Shown here piece by piece: positions 40,146 through 52,605 of a stretch of DNA of 64,000 bases. Below the pieces are notes generated by a model. That model was not told where the DNA came from. It ran no database searches and saw only the letters and a program-made list of their open reading frames with translations. The translations under genes were made by a program, and so were the position numbers. The DNA lies in NCBI GenBank assembly GCA_002633005.1, contig NMRA01000190.1:124001-188000 (forward strand). The letters run 5' to 3'. Origin of the DNA: Phoronis australis. Its lineage: Eukaryota > Animalia > Phoronida. Within the stretch, counting starts at the first letter, position 1. Each line of letters starts with the position of its first letter.

Positions 40146-40280
40146 TCTGACAGTACATCCGTCTAGTTCCACAGCAGTGGACCTCGAGCACGTGACTGTT
40201 GCAGACAGCAGCTCCTAACCGGTCAAACACCTGCTTGCACGTCATTCCATTAATTCGCACGTTAGAAGTGTCTGAGCAAT
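40146..40280 (-). CDS. Secreted Cys-rich protein, exon with first six-Cys module
   Basis: ttacttccag acceptor, gtaagg donor, phase 1-1; CSDTSNVRINGMTCKQVFDRLGAAVCNSHVLEVHCCGTRRMYCQ. Confidence 0.88.
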
Positions 40281-40726
40281 CTGGAAGTAAATTAGGTCTG
40301 TACATGTACAACGACTCTCTTGGAATAATGCACTTCGACCAACTGCAATTATTTAGATGGATTTTACACGAAACCGAATTTAATCTTGCCTGCACTTTGA
40401 AACGTTTGCGAGTATATCTCCACGCCGGCACAAGGTTTATATATTCATATACGCACTCACGAGTTTACGTATGGGTGGCCGGACCCCCACTGCCATGAGT
40501 CTACGTATGTCATACGGGCGACTTTTAGAAGTCGATTTGGCCCCCGGTCGTAATCATTTTATAGCGGAAGTGCGTGTCTATTTTGGTTTATTCAGTTGTA
40601 ACAGTAACTGACTTCGAACACGGTTTTTGTTTGTGCTAGTTTCGCAGGTGCAGTAGCACATTCTGCCGATGAAGAACATTTCTATTGATGCGATGCTGAA
40701 AAGGATGCCAAACCGGGATGTTTTAA

Positions 40727-41962
40727 AGGCGCAGGCAATCTTTTTCATGTCATTTTTAGTAAAAATGAGGTTCGTTGATTATCCCAGACATATTTTTCAG
40801 TTAATTACAACTTCTCGTAATTTAATTAATTACTCGTCCCCTACTCCGGAAGTGACGTTTATGGAGTCAAGAATTGCGCGCCAATTTGGTTCTGCGTTCG
40901 AGTTTACTGTGAAGATCTGTACTACAAGTGTTTTCGGGCTGTTTTTCTATTGTCACCACATCCCATCGACGAGTATTCTACGACAATTTAGGTTTTTACA
41001 GAACTCAGTTGGATTTAGGGATTGTTTAGTTTGTATACAACCTAAAAATGGCTGGAGTCGGGGACCCATATCACAGTCACCGTAGTGTCGTGACATGGGC
41101 AGCGCAGTTCTGAAAAACGTGGAGGGTTGTAGCCCCCCAACCTCTCTTTGGTGCTGCGGCCATAGACCGTGGGGGACGCAGCACTGAAAAACTGAAGGCT
41201 ATAGCACCCAAACCGCTTACATACTGCCATGTGACTCCCTCGCCACACGTACGTACACATGGCACTTTCTAAATAGCTCCAATACTTTAGACAAGTCCAC
41301 AATAAACTTGGCTCACCTGCCTGTTCACTGGACTACGAACTGTCCTCCTCACTGGGTGTCGAACTGGACCTGTATTCACTCAACAACGCCGCAGGGCTGC
41401 TCACAGGCTATGGGCTAAAGACAACGAGCACAGGGCGAATCACTACTATATTTCCCGGACTTGCAAGCTCTGAGGTACGTTCGGAGGCACGAGTGACAGT
41501 AAGACGAAGTGCCTCAAGTCACTCGGTAATTCTTCACTGCTTTGCACGTTGCGTAGACGGCGGGTAACGCTGCGTTCGTTTCACGAACGAGCCAAGTACG
41601 GCAAAGTGTATCATCTTTCGGAAGGCGATGTAATGGTACACCCAGTACGCGTGAGACGATAATGAGTACATCCCGGTACGCAGCAACTGTGCGGCATGTT
41701 TACTGACTTGCAAACAAAAGCAAACGACGACCGATTTTATCACAACCGAGGTAGAACAATGACTGTCTCGACAGCTCACACAGTCAGATTATGTGAAAAC
41801 AAATGGCGCGAAGTTCTTGACTCCCTAAACGTCACTTCCGGAGTAGGAAACAAATAATTAATTAAATTACGAAAAGCTGTAATTAACTGAAAAATATGTC
41901 AGTGATAATCAACGAACCTTATTTTTTATTGAAAATGACATGAAAAAAGGTTGTCTTCGCCT
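40727..41962. mobile_element. Non-autonomous Kolobok-like (TTAA TSD) DNA transposon with ~160-bp TIRs, intronic
   Basis: ttaa|aggcg ... cgcct|ttaa; TIR similarity extends through ctactccggaagtgacgttta / taaacgtcacttccggagtag. Confidence 0.8.
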
Positions 41963-42087
41963 TTAATGATTTTGACAAAGAAGGTTCCTCCATCTATTCA
42001 GCTGTCTAATTAGGGCGTCCAATTGTTCAACTAAAACTGTCCTCACTGTATCACAAAATGAATTCGGTCATGGTAAATCGAGTATCG

Positions 42088-42505
42088 TAAGCCAAGTGCG
42101 ACATAAGTCCTATTTATTGCAGTAATAATTCGCAATTTATTCCAGTAATAATTCTTTAGCCAATCAGAAGCCATGAATAATTACTGTAATGAATATTTAT
42201 TAATGTAATTAATATTTATTCCAGAAACAAATGGTTATTACTGAAATAAATCAATCAATCAGATTCCAGGAATAATTACTGCAATAAATACATCGGACTT
42301 ATGTCACACTTATAGGCCAAGTGCGACTTAAGTCCGATTTATAACTACAATAATTCCCCGATTTATTCCAGTAATAATTCTTTAGCCAATCAGAAGGCAG
42401 GAATAATTACTGTAATAAATATTTACTACTGTAATCAATATTTATTCCAGTAATAAATACTGGAATAAATATTAATTACAGTAATAAATATTTATTACAG
42501 TATCA
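42088..42505. mobile_element. Tandem Harbinger-like AT-rich MITEs
   Basis: gccaagtgcgacataagtcc ... ggacttatgtcacactt, then a second start ggccaagtgcgacttaagtcc; internal cagtaataa repeats. Confidence 0.6.
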
Positions 42506-42614
42506 ATGAACGAATGTAAAAACACATAAGCGGCCACAACTTACGACATAAAGAGAATAACATATTTTATCGATATCTTGTCACATAAAAAATTTGCTCA
42601 AATGAATGTCTTAC

Positions 42615-42746
42615 TTGGGCCCGTTCTGAAGACGGCAGCTCGACTTTTCCGCTGTCTAGCCTCCAGAGGATCAAGGAGTGTATCGTCAGAAGATAACTTG
42701 TGATGGCGGGCCTCCGTGGTCTCGGCGGGTACGATTACAGTGACAT
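42615..42746 (-). CDS. Secreted Cys-rich protein, propeptide exon with basic cleavage site (RQRKSR)
   Basis: ccttttcag acceptor, gtaaga donor, phase 1-1; VTVIVPAETTEARHHKLSSDDTLLDPLEARQRKSRAAVFRTGP. Confidence 0.75.
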
Positions 42747-43135
42747 CTGAAAAGGATTTTGCCGAAACAATGAAAAGCGCATGGAATGCACGAAGGATTT
42801 GATTATGCGATAACAGCTTTGCCACAAATTTCTGTATGCCACAGTTGAATGAATCCCTATCAATGAAGTACAATGAGGAATAAGTTTCGGTATTGTATGC
42901 ATTTTATCCACTCAAGAACGTTAAAATCCAACAATAATCGGAAAGGAAATGAGAATTAAGGCCCGACTTTGTTACGAGTTTCTATTTGAGCCATGGTCAG
43001 TTATATGTTATCACTTCTCGTTAGAATGTTAGTCTATTATCATGGACATAATTCTTATTTTCTACCTTGTAATTCTATAAAGATTACAATAACATGACTA
43101 TGCCATGTCTAAGTAAACGAATAAAATATATTTAC

Positions 43136-43196
43136 TGGGCATTAGATCATCTCTCAGCAGCTTTTCAACGACGAAGTCAGCATCGACGTCATCGAT
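43136..43196 (-). CDS. Secreted Cys-rich protein, small acidic propeptide exon
   Basis: gctttctttcacag acceptor, gtaaat donor; phase 0-1 bridges the flanking exons exactly; IDDVDADFVVEKLLRDDLMP. Confidence 0.7.
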
Positions 43197-44438
43197 CTGT
43201 GAAAGAAAGCAGTAAATCCCACGCTTTAATTAACTATAATCCCCACAAACGACGAAAGGTTTTTCAATTATTTAATGCGAATAGCATATTTTTTACATTC
43301 ATGCAGGATGATAGTGTAGTTCGGTAACGGCCTCTCTTTCACAAGTATAGTCGGATACTCGAGATATATTGGTTCTATCCAGCTTCAAAGCCAGCCTTTT
43401 ATAATTTCAACAGGCTACATCAACTTAACTTTTTGTTGAATGCTGCGAATGCAGGTCTATGGTGAGGTAAGATCACGTTTTTTGTGGAATTCGGATTTTA
43501 AAGATTTATGCTCATAGCGGTTCTCATATCGCTGGATTTGTTCAATACATTATTAGTACAATACGACTCATTATTCCTAAAACTTTCCATTAACAATAGC
43601 AATTAGATTTTATGAAGGAAACTCATTTGCATCTTTGAAGAAAAAATATTTGAGAGCAGTGCTTGATCTGGCGGACAACTTGATTTTAAGCGCAGCACTT
43701 TGGCAAAGTAATGGTTACATTTTAATGTTACGATAAGAACTATAATGAACATTAGGCAGCCTGTATAAAGGTGTAGGCTATCTGACTTTTAGCCGCGACT
43801 TGATAAAACAAATCTAAGCGTGGTAGTCTTCGTTTGACAAATGTTTCATCCGAATAAAAAATAACTAACTAACACTTAGATTTTTAAATTTTTAGATTGT
43901 CAGGATGACTCTAGTAAGTAAATATGTACTTCCCAAACTTTCTCAATTTCGTTTTTTTGTTTCGAACTTGAAACCCTCACCACGATCATAGACTAACGTT
44001 GTGCTGACAAATCTTTACACCCCACTCAATACATGTCAGCGCATTAGCGTGTTTAACCTTGGACTTAGTGAATGTCTGGCATTACAACGGTGAGAAATCT
44101 CGATTAGTAATCAAATCATAAATGCACAACGGTTTATAGTTTTATGTCTCTGAACAAAGCTGATAACTCCAAAAAGTCTAATTTATACCGTCGAAAGCTA
44201 ATCCAACGTTGTCACGTAGTAAAAACGATGATGCCTTAAATGGAATAGATAATATACAGCTGCGGTAAAAATTCTCCAGTTTGAGTGTCAAATTTTGGAA
44301 TACAGCAACTCAAGTAGAATTTTTTTCTTGCCTATTTCTAAAATATAGTGTTAAGTTCTGACCTTGTGCAAAATAATTCCATTTTCACTGAAACTGGAGA
44401 ATTTTTACCTTACAACAGATATCGTAAATAACTCATAC

Positions 44439-44507
44439 CACTGGAGAGTCGTAGGCCCAGGTGACGACCGAAACAAGGGTGAGACTGAAAACAGTGGTTG
44501 CTATCAT
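44439..44507 (-). CDS. Secreted Cys-rich protein, signal-peptide exon
   Basis: gtttcag|G-ATG, MIATTVFSLTLVSVVTWA-YDSPV, gtatga donor in phase 0. Confidence 0.7.
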
Positions 44508-45834
44508 CCTGAAACGCAAAGTTTGATTTTGCCGAATTCGACGAATGAATGCGATATGTGAATTAAAAAGACTATAATGCGAAATGGCTTTTTATAGGCT
44601 GTCAGTTTAAGAAGTTAATAAATAGGTTTGTTATCGGTACAAACCAGTCGAATATGTCGGAAACGCACAGGGAAGTTAGTTTAAAAATAAGAATCACGAA
44701 TCTAAGCACCGGGCAAAAATGCTTCCGTGTTAACAAAGCACTTCTAAAAGTACGCATGTTAAGGGAATCTCTCCACTTCATAGCTCAGTTTAGCCTTTTA
44801 CTCTCACAACACCCGGTCTTATATTTCTTACCTTGATTTCCGTTATCAACAAGAACATCGAAGCCATCAGCAACTCAAAAACAAGCTCGAGAGTTCATAG
44901 CGTTGGGCGAATCTTAAATTTGCGAATTCGACAATGGTGCACATACATGGGCCTATTGCTTGTGACTTGAATTGTTGGCTCACTTGGCAACAATATGGCA
45001 CACGAGCGTAGCTTTGTTTTTTTTACTAGAAGCGCTTTTAAATCCAAAGGCGCATCGATTAAGAATTCAACATATTGACAGCTAACCAAAGGCGAAATGC
45101 CCCTTTAATTTAGATGACAGTACGATGACCCGCGAACCATTTCGGGTGAGTGGTTTGGCCCAGAAGCACTTACATTGGGGGTATACTGGGCTTGTCTCTC
45201 AGATGAGTGGCTATCACGGCCAGAACACCCACAAAACAGCCATTTTCCATGAAACTACGTACAACGAGGGTTCACTTTTGCATTAGAATTCTCCAAGAGG
45301 AACACAACTCCACAGAAGTGGTTCGTATTTTATTTGGATTTGTTGTTGTTTTTTTTTTAAAGAATTCACTTTATAGTTTTTCATTGAATTTTTATTCCAT
45401 CAGTAAACATTTTCAGGTTTTTAACGCTATGTAGACAGGGATTATGCTTCAAAAATGACTTTTAGTCGTATTTGCAGCACGCAACAGATGAGTCATTTGT
45501 TATTCGTGCTTACTCTCTTAAAATGCTGTTTTTTCTTCTTGCAGAATCTATAAGAATGAATGTCTACTTTCAATACATCAAGTCGTAGTGCGTCGATGAC
45601 ATTACGTGAGAGCCTGACGCGCACTGTGCAAGCTCAAATTGAAACAATGACCCTCCAACTTCGGAGTTTTGACAATTTGTGTCAGCACTCAATGACATAT
45701 TATCATCAAGATTTGTCCAAAGAGTTTTAGATACTTTTGCGCGTAAGAATTTGAGCAAGTTCCCTAATACAGGCCCAAATTGCCTCAACGCAATAAGTTT
45801 CGTGAGTGAAAATGAACTGTTCTTTTCTTAAACT

Positions 45835-46322
45835 GTAAGTAAGTAAATAAGTGATTAAGTATGTAAGTAAGTGAGTAATTAAGTAAGTGAGTAAGTAATA
45901 AGTAAGTGAGCAAGTAAGTAAGTAAGTGAGTAAGTAAATAAGTGAGTTAGTAAGTAATTAAGTAAGTAAATAAGTGAGTAAGTAAATAAGTAAGTGACTT
46001 AGTAAGCAATTAAGTAAGTAAATAAGTGAGTTAGTATGTAAGTAAGTGAGTAAGTAAGTGAGTAAGTAAGTAAGTAAGTAAGTGAGTAAATAAGTGAGTA
46101 AGTGAGTAAGTAAGTAAATCAGTAAGTAATTAAGTAAGTAAATAAGTGAGTAAGTAAGTAAGTAAGCAAGTAAGTAAATAAATAAATAAACTATTAAGTA
46201 AGTAATAATCTAAGTAAGTAATAATCTAAGTAAGTAAGTAATTTATTAAGTAAGTAAGTGAGTGGGTGAGTGAGTAAGAAAGTAAGTAAGTAAGTAATCA
46301 AGTAGTCAAGTATGTAAGTAAA
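45835..46322. repeat. Degenerate (TAAG/TGAG/TAAA)n tetranucleotide microsatellite, ~490 bp
   Basis: Continuous aagtaagtgagtaaat-type repeats. Confidence 0.95.
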
Positions 46323-46950
46323 AGTTTTATTTAAATGTCGGTGGTGAAGTACAGCAAGTTATCACAGTCAGATGCTATGAACCGACACAATCCCGTTCCA
46401 CATGGACGCTGCAGATTCACATAATCTAAAAGTAAGCTACTTTTTTGTGTCTTGCCTACATCGCTAGCCCGGCTTTTTTGAAATATGCACGCGTAAAACT
46501 TGCCGTATCCTAATTAATTCGTTCTTGTTCTAAAGGAGCGATAAAGAAGCTTGTTTTGCCGGTCAAAACCCAGCGTTTGAATTGAACCACTTGCCGTTGT
46601 AAAGTTGGCCTCATTTGATTCCTCGGCTATCTTGATAAGAACATGGGTAATAAATAAAAAGTTGCCTGTTACCCCAACGGATTTGTTTCAGCAACCAAGA
46701 CAGTATGGCCGTCCAGACCGGGAATCTCATTGTACTAACTTGAACCCGTACAAATAAAGAATGCCATGATGTCATTTTGGAAGAGCTGTGCAGATATTTT
46801 CCAAACCACCATAGTTGGCCTGCTTCTCGAAGTCTATTGGCTTTTGATTTTCGTGAAACAGGCACAGTCATTCGTAGACTCATGCCTACTTTTAGAGGAG
46901 AGTCAAGACTAAGTCCAACGACGTGGTTCATAAAGCTTTTTACTTATTAA
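46323..46950 (-). mobile_element. Possible highly degenerate CR1/L2 LINE 3' end whose tail is the adjacent microsatellite
   Basis: ttttatt abuts the repeat; minus-strand RVQVSTMRFPVWT ... GNRQLFIYYPC loosely echoes CR1/L2 C-terminal motifs. Confidence 0.35.
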
Positions 46951-47456
46951 CAGGTCACTCAAGAAAAATAGTTTCCGGTTAAAGCAGTTGTCTCAAAGTA
47001 CGGTCGTCCAGTGTTGAACTTTTTTCCGTTTTGAAAATGTGCCCTGGTCATTATTTTACTGTAGATGTCACAAGGGCACAGTTATGGGAATTCCTCGTTG
47101 GAAACCACTTACATTGTATTTGTTGCCTGACATATGTATTCCATGCTATTTGTGCACAGATTATCACTACCGACAATTCGCAGTTGAGCCGAAAAAAAAA
47201 ATTCTTCAGAATATACGTGTTTTTAAATGGCAATAAGGCATGGTAAGATTACAGCGCCTGTGGTTGCTTGCGAGTGTGGCGAGATCACACAAAACCACGA
47301 TGAAACACGCTAGTGGAAGCCGATTGTTTCCTAAGTAAGCATGCGCTCGGCCAACAAGGGGCTATGTTCTTGAAGAAATTGGGACTACATGCACACCTCC
47401 TGTGAAAACTTCACCAAAATAATAGACAACACTCACTTTAATGGTACAAAATTGAA

Positions 47457-47462
47457 TTTATT
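47457..47462 (-). terminator. Candidate polyadenylation signal of the Ig-superfamily gene
   Basis: AATAAA on the minus strand ~1.3 kb after the stop, followed by T/GT-rich sequence. Confidence 0.4.
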
Positions 47463-48731
47463 TTTACATGCAATGTAATAAGCAGATCAATTTTACAACA
47501 ATAACCTCTTGTTCACGACATTTTAAAATTATGAACGATACTGGGAAAAGACATCACACTTCACCACATCAGTTCCACAAGTATCTTTGTTTTAGCAAAA
47601 TGCTTCATAATCACAACATTCACTCAATAAAAATATAGGTATTAAAGAATTTGGTAAATATATATTTTCCCTTGTGGGACTAATAAAATAGAATTCACAT
47701 GAAAGTCTGATATGACATTCTCTATTGATATTTTCTGATATCATAGTCTTGATATATAGTAGTAATATCTACTGATAGTGTAATCGAGATATATCCACCA
47801 ATATGTCCTGATATCATAGTTATGACATGTGAAAGCGGCACTATTATATCCAGATATCATACTAACCAAGTGTATGTACTGGTATCATACCTAGTCATTA
47901 ACTGTGTGGAATGGTGTGCAGTTTGCATAGAGAAACATTGGCTAAACTCTTTACAGACACTCCTCAACATTAGACAAGGCACATTGCTTCTATATACATA
48001 TTACGTACATAAAGAGTCTGCACATTCATTACATTGCTGAAGCCAGCACTTGATGATAAAGAATGAGAGGGAGCAGGAATTATCCTAGCTAACTTCTAAC
48101 TCGGCTAAACCATAGCCTCACCTTGCGAGCACGAATCCAAGTTTCAATGCAGGTACTTGTTTTGATTTAGCAAACGTTAGAATCTAGGACAGAAGTTCTA
48201 AAATAAAGCAAGCTAGCTCTTAAAAGCATTATGGATAGATAGAAGCATAGAACTCAATTTTTGAGGGAATATGCAGATGCATATTTACGGTACGGTGAAT
48301 TGCTACACCCAGAAACATTTAGTGCTGAAATCTCGTGACTGAACATTCTACTGGCTCCTGCAAACGTGGATAAACTCTATTCACGTAAAACAGATTCATA
48401 CACTCATGTATATACAAAGGTAGACTATTCTACATCAAGCATTGATTAGGCCAAAAAGATCATGAATTCCTACATTCATCGCCAGTCCACCAGAAGTCGC
48501 CATGCTGCAATTAGCGCTCTGTCATCTGACTATGTAAAAACTGGTATCGTTCATTTCCTGATCTTCACAATAAACGTAGTATATTCGTCTGAAGTGTAAC
48601 TTTCTATTGACTGGTGCATGAATCTTGCTTATTAAAATGGTTAAGAAATGTAAAACAACTCCTATGACCATCTGAGTAAGAAACATTATTCAATATTTAC
48701 ACAGTCCATATGGCCACTAATTATCTGCGCA

Positions 48732-48853
48732 CTATGAACTCCAGTGAATAGCAAGCGCCACTAGCAATGCCAACACATGTACTGGACAGGACACACCAAC
48801 TGTCATCGCCGCACCAACTGCGCCAGCTCTTGTCTCTTGAGGCTGATCAGCTT
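48732..48853 (-). CDS. Lachesin/DIP/IgLON-like protein, exon 8 (GPI-anchor signal)
   Basis: tctttgcag acceptor in phase 1; ADQPQETRAGAVGAAMTVGVSCPVHVLALLVALAIHWSS*, with small residues then a hydrophobic tail and no cytoplasmic domain. Confidence 0.85.
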
Positions 48854-49306
48854 CTGCAAAGAAAAGCAAGTTTATAATTTCATAACATATGCTCTTTTGA
48901 TTAACTAATTCAAGGCAATGGAGCCGCAGTATTTTCATTTTATTTATCATTTGGATGTTTAATGGTGCCACTAATATGACGGGAGTTGGATCCACAAATA
49001 GGAATACAAATGTACAGTCACAACACATTTTCAAAATTTTTTTACAATTTTACTTTCCGATTCAGGTAACCATGGGGAAAATTGGCACTTGAAATTTTTA
49101 CAAAATTATGTTTTTTGACTAATCGGTGTGCTCCAAGAACGGTTGCACTCATTGTATACTTCCAGGGAGTTGAGACGGATTAGAATTGACAGGGTCCATG
49201 ACCGGGTAATAATTTTCAAAATGCTTAATTAAACTTGTTGCCGTTCATGTTTCCTCTTCTAGGATCCACTTGATGGATGCTTCAGATTAGATGATGATAA
49301 ATAACG

Positions 49307-49884
49307 TAGAAAATAAATTTGAAACTAAATGAGGCGATCCAGATCATCTAAAGGATACTGTCAGAATATGGACTAACACTGTTTTTAGTTGTATTATTTT
49401 GTTTGGTTATCCCGTTTGATTGGCATGACCCCTGATTTAAGTACCATGATGATGTAACTTGTTTACTGCAGAATAGTATGGAACTTTCTAGAAGACTGAG
49501 GTCAGAACAGTGATGATGTCATTTGTTTACTGCAGTATAGCGTGGAACTTTCTAAATAACTCTAGCGTGACAATGATTAATGCAGCAAAGAACAGACATT
49601 ATATACAGCAGACATTACGTCAGCTGTTTTGTTTCAGTAGGCTTGTGAACGTACGGTCAGGATTAATAAAGGATTAACTTGAACCAGTCTTCAGTCAACC
49701 GTCGCACCGAAAGCTATTAGCACCGGTCTGTAACAACCTGCGCCCACCCACACACGGGGAAAAACGTGACAGATACTATTGTTTGACAAAATGTAGAATA
49801 TATAAAAAGGTAAATAAACTATGCATATTCTACATTCCTTTAGAGGATCTGGATCGCCTCATTTAGTTTCAGATTTATTTTCTA
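49307..49884. mobile_element. MITE with ~50-bp TIRs in the last intron of the Ig gene
   Basis: tagaaaataaatttgaaactaaatgaggcgatccagatc vs gatctggatcgcctcatttagtttcagatttattttcta. Confidence 0.75.
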
Positions 49885-50546
49885 GAAAATGCATAGTAAT
49901 TTACAACACTACATAAATCTAGCCTATTTCTTATCATTGCTTTAATTTTGGCATTTTAATTTAATTTGACTGGGTCCAAAACTTCAAATTAACATCATAC
50001 AAGAGGGTAGTGATAACAAAATGTATGTCTCGAGCCATTCAACAACAGCATAATGTATTGTATGATAGATTGTACCCCGTATCATGAGAAAAATGTGGAC
50101 GAACACACATGTTGTTGTCACGTGACGTTTGTTTTGAAGTTCGTCAGTGTGAGTGTGTGCCTAGTGGGCGAGGTTCACTCCCATTGGCAAGTACACTGTG
50201 TCCGTTCTGAAAGCAGGGCTTGGAATGACCAATGACAAGAAAACGCGGAAACTTTCACGGCCCAAAATCATGCGCGCTACCCAGCCTTGAAATGGTCGAT
50301 GTGAACATTTCCCCGACAAAAATCGGGAGGACTAAAAAAACGTTACCACCATCAGTAGCATGCGTCTGCGTCCTTTTAGCTCGTCCGTCCACTCCCAACC
50401 CACACATTTTTGGCTGCAGAGCCGTAGTATTTGTCGACGCGGTTTACAATACCACGAGACACCATTAAAAATCCCACCATGCTATCCCAGATGCCCCGGC
50501 AATGTTGACAATTTACGTTCCTCCGAAACATAAAGAGCAACTTCCG

Positions 50547-51133
50547 CTTTTCGAGGTGAACGCCGCGGAAAGAACGGAATTTGCCGCGAAAATTTTATAT
50601 CAAATCTGATTTTTTTACGCAGAAATATAATAAAATGCGCAGACAGAACATTTGAAAAAAGCGGAAATCCGTGTTTCCGCGGAAAATTCCAAGCCCTGTG
50701 AAAGGCCAGACCATAACGGGACACGTGCCTCGTGAGATCTGCAAAACTTTTGAGTTCTTTTTGAAGCACAGTGAAGTTTGAAGTGTATATTCACGGCTAA
50801 ATACTGACATAGCCGCGATGGCCCATGGTCTAGNCTTTTCGAGGTGAACGTCGTCTGCAACGCCGCGGAAAGAACGGAATTTGCCGCGAAAATTTTATAT
50901 CAAATCTGATTTTTTTACGCAGAAATATAATAAAATGCGCAGACAGAACATTTGAAAAAAGCGGAAATCCGTGTTTCCGCGGAAAATTCCAAGCCCTGTG
51001 AAAGGCCAGACCATAACGGGACACGTGCCTCGTGAGATCTGCAAAACTTTTGAGTTCTTTTTGAAGCACAGTGAAGTTTGAAGTGTATATTCACGGCTAA
51101 ATACTGACATAGCCGCGATGGCCCATGGTCTAG
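50547..51133. repeat. ~290-bp direct duplication split by a single n (50834); probable haplotype overlap
   Basis: 50547-50833 matches 50835-51133 apart from a 12-bp indel. Confidence 0.85.
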
Positions 51134-51331
51134 AAATTTGGTGCCCAGTGATTTTCAGGACTGTCGGGTATTATTGATAAATTGAAGATGTTACTGTAGA
51201 ATTTTAGAACTCTAGGTAAGGTATTTTTCAAATGTATACATGTTCATGGGCTGGGCGCTTATTTCAGCAAAGTCTGAAAACGCATGGGGGCGCTTATAGG
51301 GACATGGGCGCTTATTAGGGCAAATTCAATA
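50990..51331 (-). mobile_element. Partial inverted copy of the mariner-like family at 8233
   Basis: Reverse complement matches ~8233-8560, including cttattagggc and gtgtatattcacggctaaatactgacat. Confidence 0.75.
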
Positions 51332-51581
51332 CTACTCGTTAAAACACTAGCCTCGATATGCTCCGTTCTCAGGTTATCGGTGATTTCTGGACTTGAAAAG
51401 AATTCAAAATTCTTTATGGCTAGAGACCAGCTTCTGTGATTAGCTCACACACGTCATTTTATACACCGACACAGGAACTGGCTAAGATTAGTTTCATAAC
51501 AATGAGTACCATAGTCTAAGTCACAAGGTACAAGTCATTGTGATGGAGGGTGGATATACACCAGCTTTCAAGGCTACTCAC

Positions 51582-51727
51582 TTGCTAACGTGACTTTCCT
51601 TTCAAAGGTTCCAATGGTGTTCGTGGCACGACAAGTGTAGTCCCCAAAGTCATTGGCTGACACTTCGGGTATTTTTAATTTCATATTCATTGCATAAGTA
51701 CCCTTTCGAATGATACTGGTGTATGGT
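51582..51727 (-). CDS. Lachesin/DIP/IgLON-like protein, exon 7 (second half of Ig3)
   Basis: attgcag acceptor, gtgagt donor, phase 2-1; MKLKIPEVSANDFGDYTCRATNTIG. Confidence 0.92.
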
Positions 51728-52605
51728 CTGCAATAAGACCAGCACAGTCTATGGTTATGACAAACACAGAGAACACAATACAACACACACACATACCAAA
51801 CACATAAAAATGTTTTCTGACTATTCATTCAACATAAATGTACAATTTTAAATATTAATAACAGCCACATAATATCCGGTTGAATTAATGTCCAACAATC
51901 TACTTCTGATATTCTAACAGATGTGAAATAAACAATAAAATTTGAATGCAAATGCAGAACAAAGTAACGTCCTAAAACACGAGTCCTTTGGAACAATGCA
52001 AAATCTTTCATGCCCTAACCAATACTCAACTGAAGTGTATCAAAATGATCGTAAAATGATTAGGAAGACGGAGGTAGTTACACCACCTGACAATATTTAA
52101 TATTGTCACATTCCCACATGTTATCAAGGTAAACACAAAATTGCTTGAACTCTTTCAATCCCAATGTCACCTTGACGACCCAACAAGTGACCCAGCTGAA
52201 TGTAAGTGTCACCTTTTGGTGACCTACTTAACTGTATCCAGTGCTAACAGCACTTTACGCCATCATATGACCACTGTATGTTAATTAGTCTTTCATTTGG
52301 CAGGAACAAATTGTAAAAAAGCAATTTTTTTGAGAAATTTAGAGCGATTGGTTGATGCTAATTTGTCTTGATAGCTGGAAGCAATGCCATGGCTGCAAGA
52401 CATTCTGTCGGTGATGTTATATCGCAAATTATTCATAAATCAGACCCAGAAACAGAGTTTCAAATGTTTGACAATGTATGCAAGCATAATTCAGAACCCT
52501 AAAGAATTTTCAATTTACAGTTAATTGGCACCAGGAGTTTTGAGGCCAGATTAATCCTGTTATGTCACTTAACACTAAAAGGGACAATCATTCTATGAAA
52601 CTTAC

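Noticed and set aside
41534-41779. ORF inside the Kolobok-like element as a KolX or transposase remnant
   Set aside because: Resemblance (YHYIAFRK..LG) is too weak to support without a profile search
45835-46322. Array of GTAAGT/GTGAGT motifs as a U1 snRNP decoy
   Set aside because: More simply a tetranucleotide microsatellite, probably a LINE tail; it is intergenic and antisense to both flanking genes
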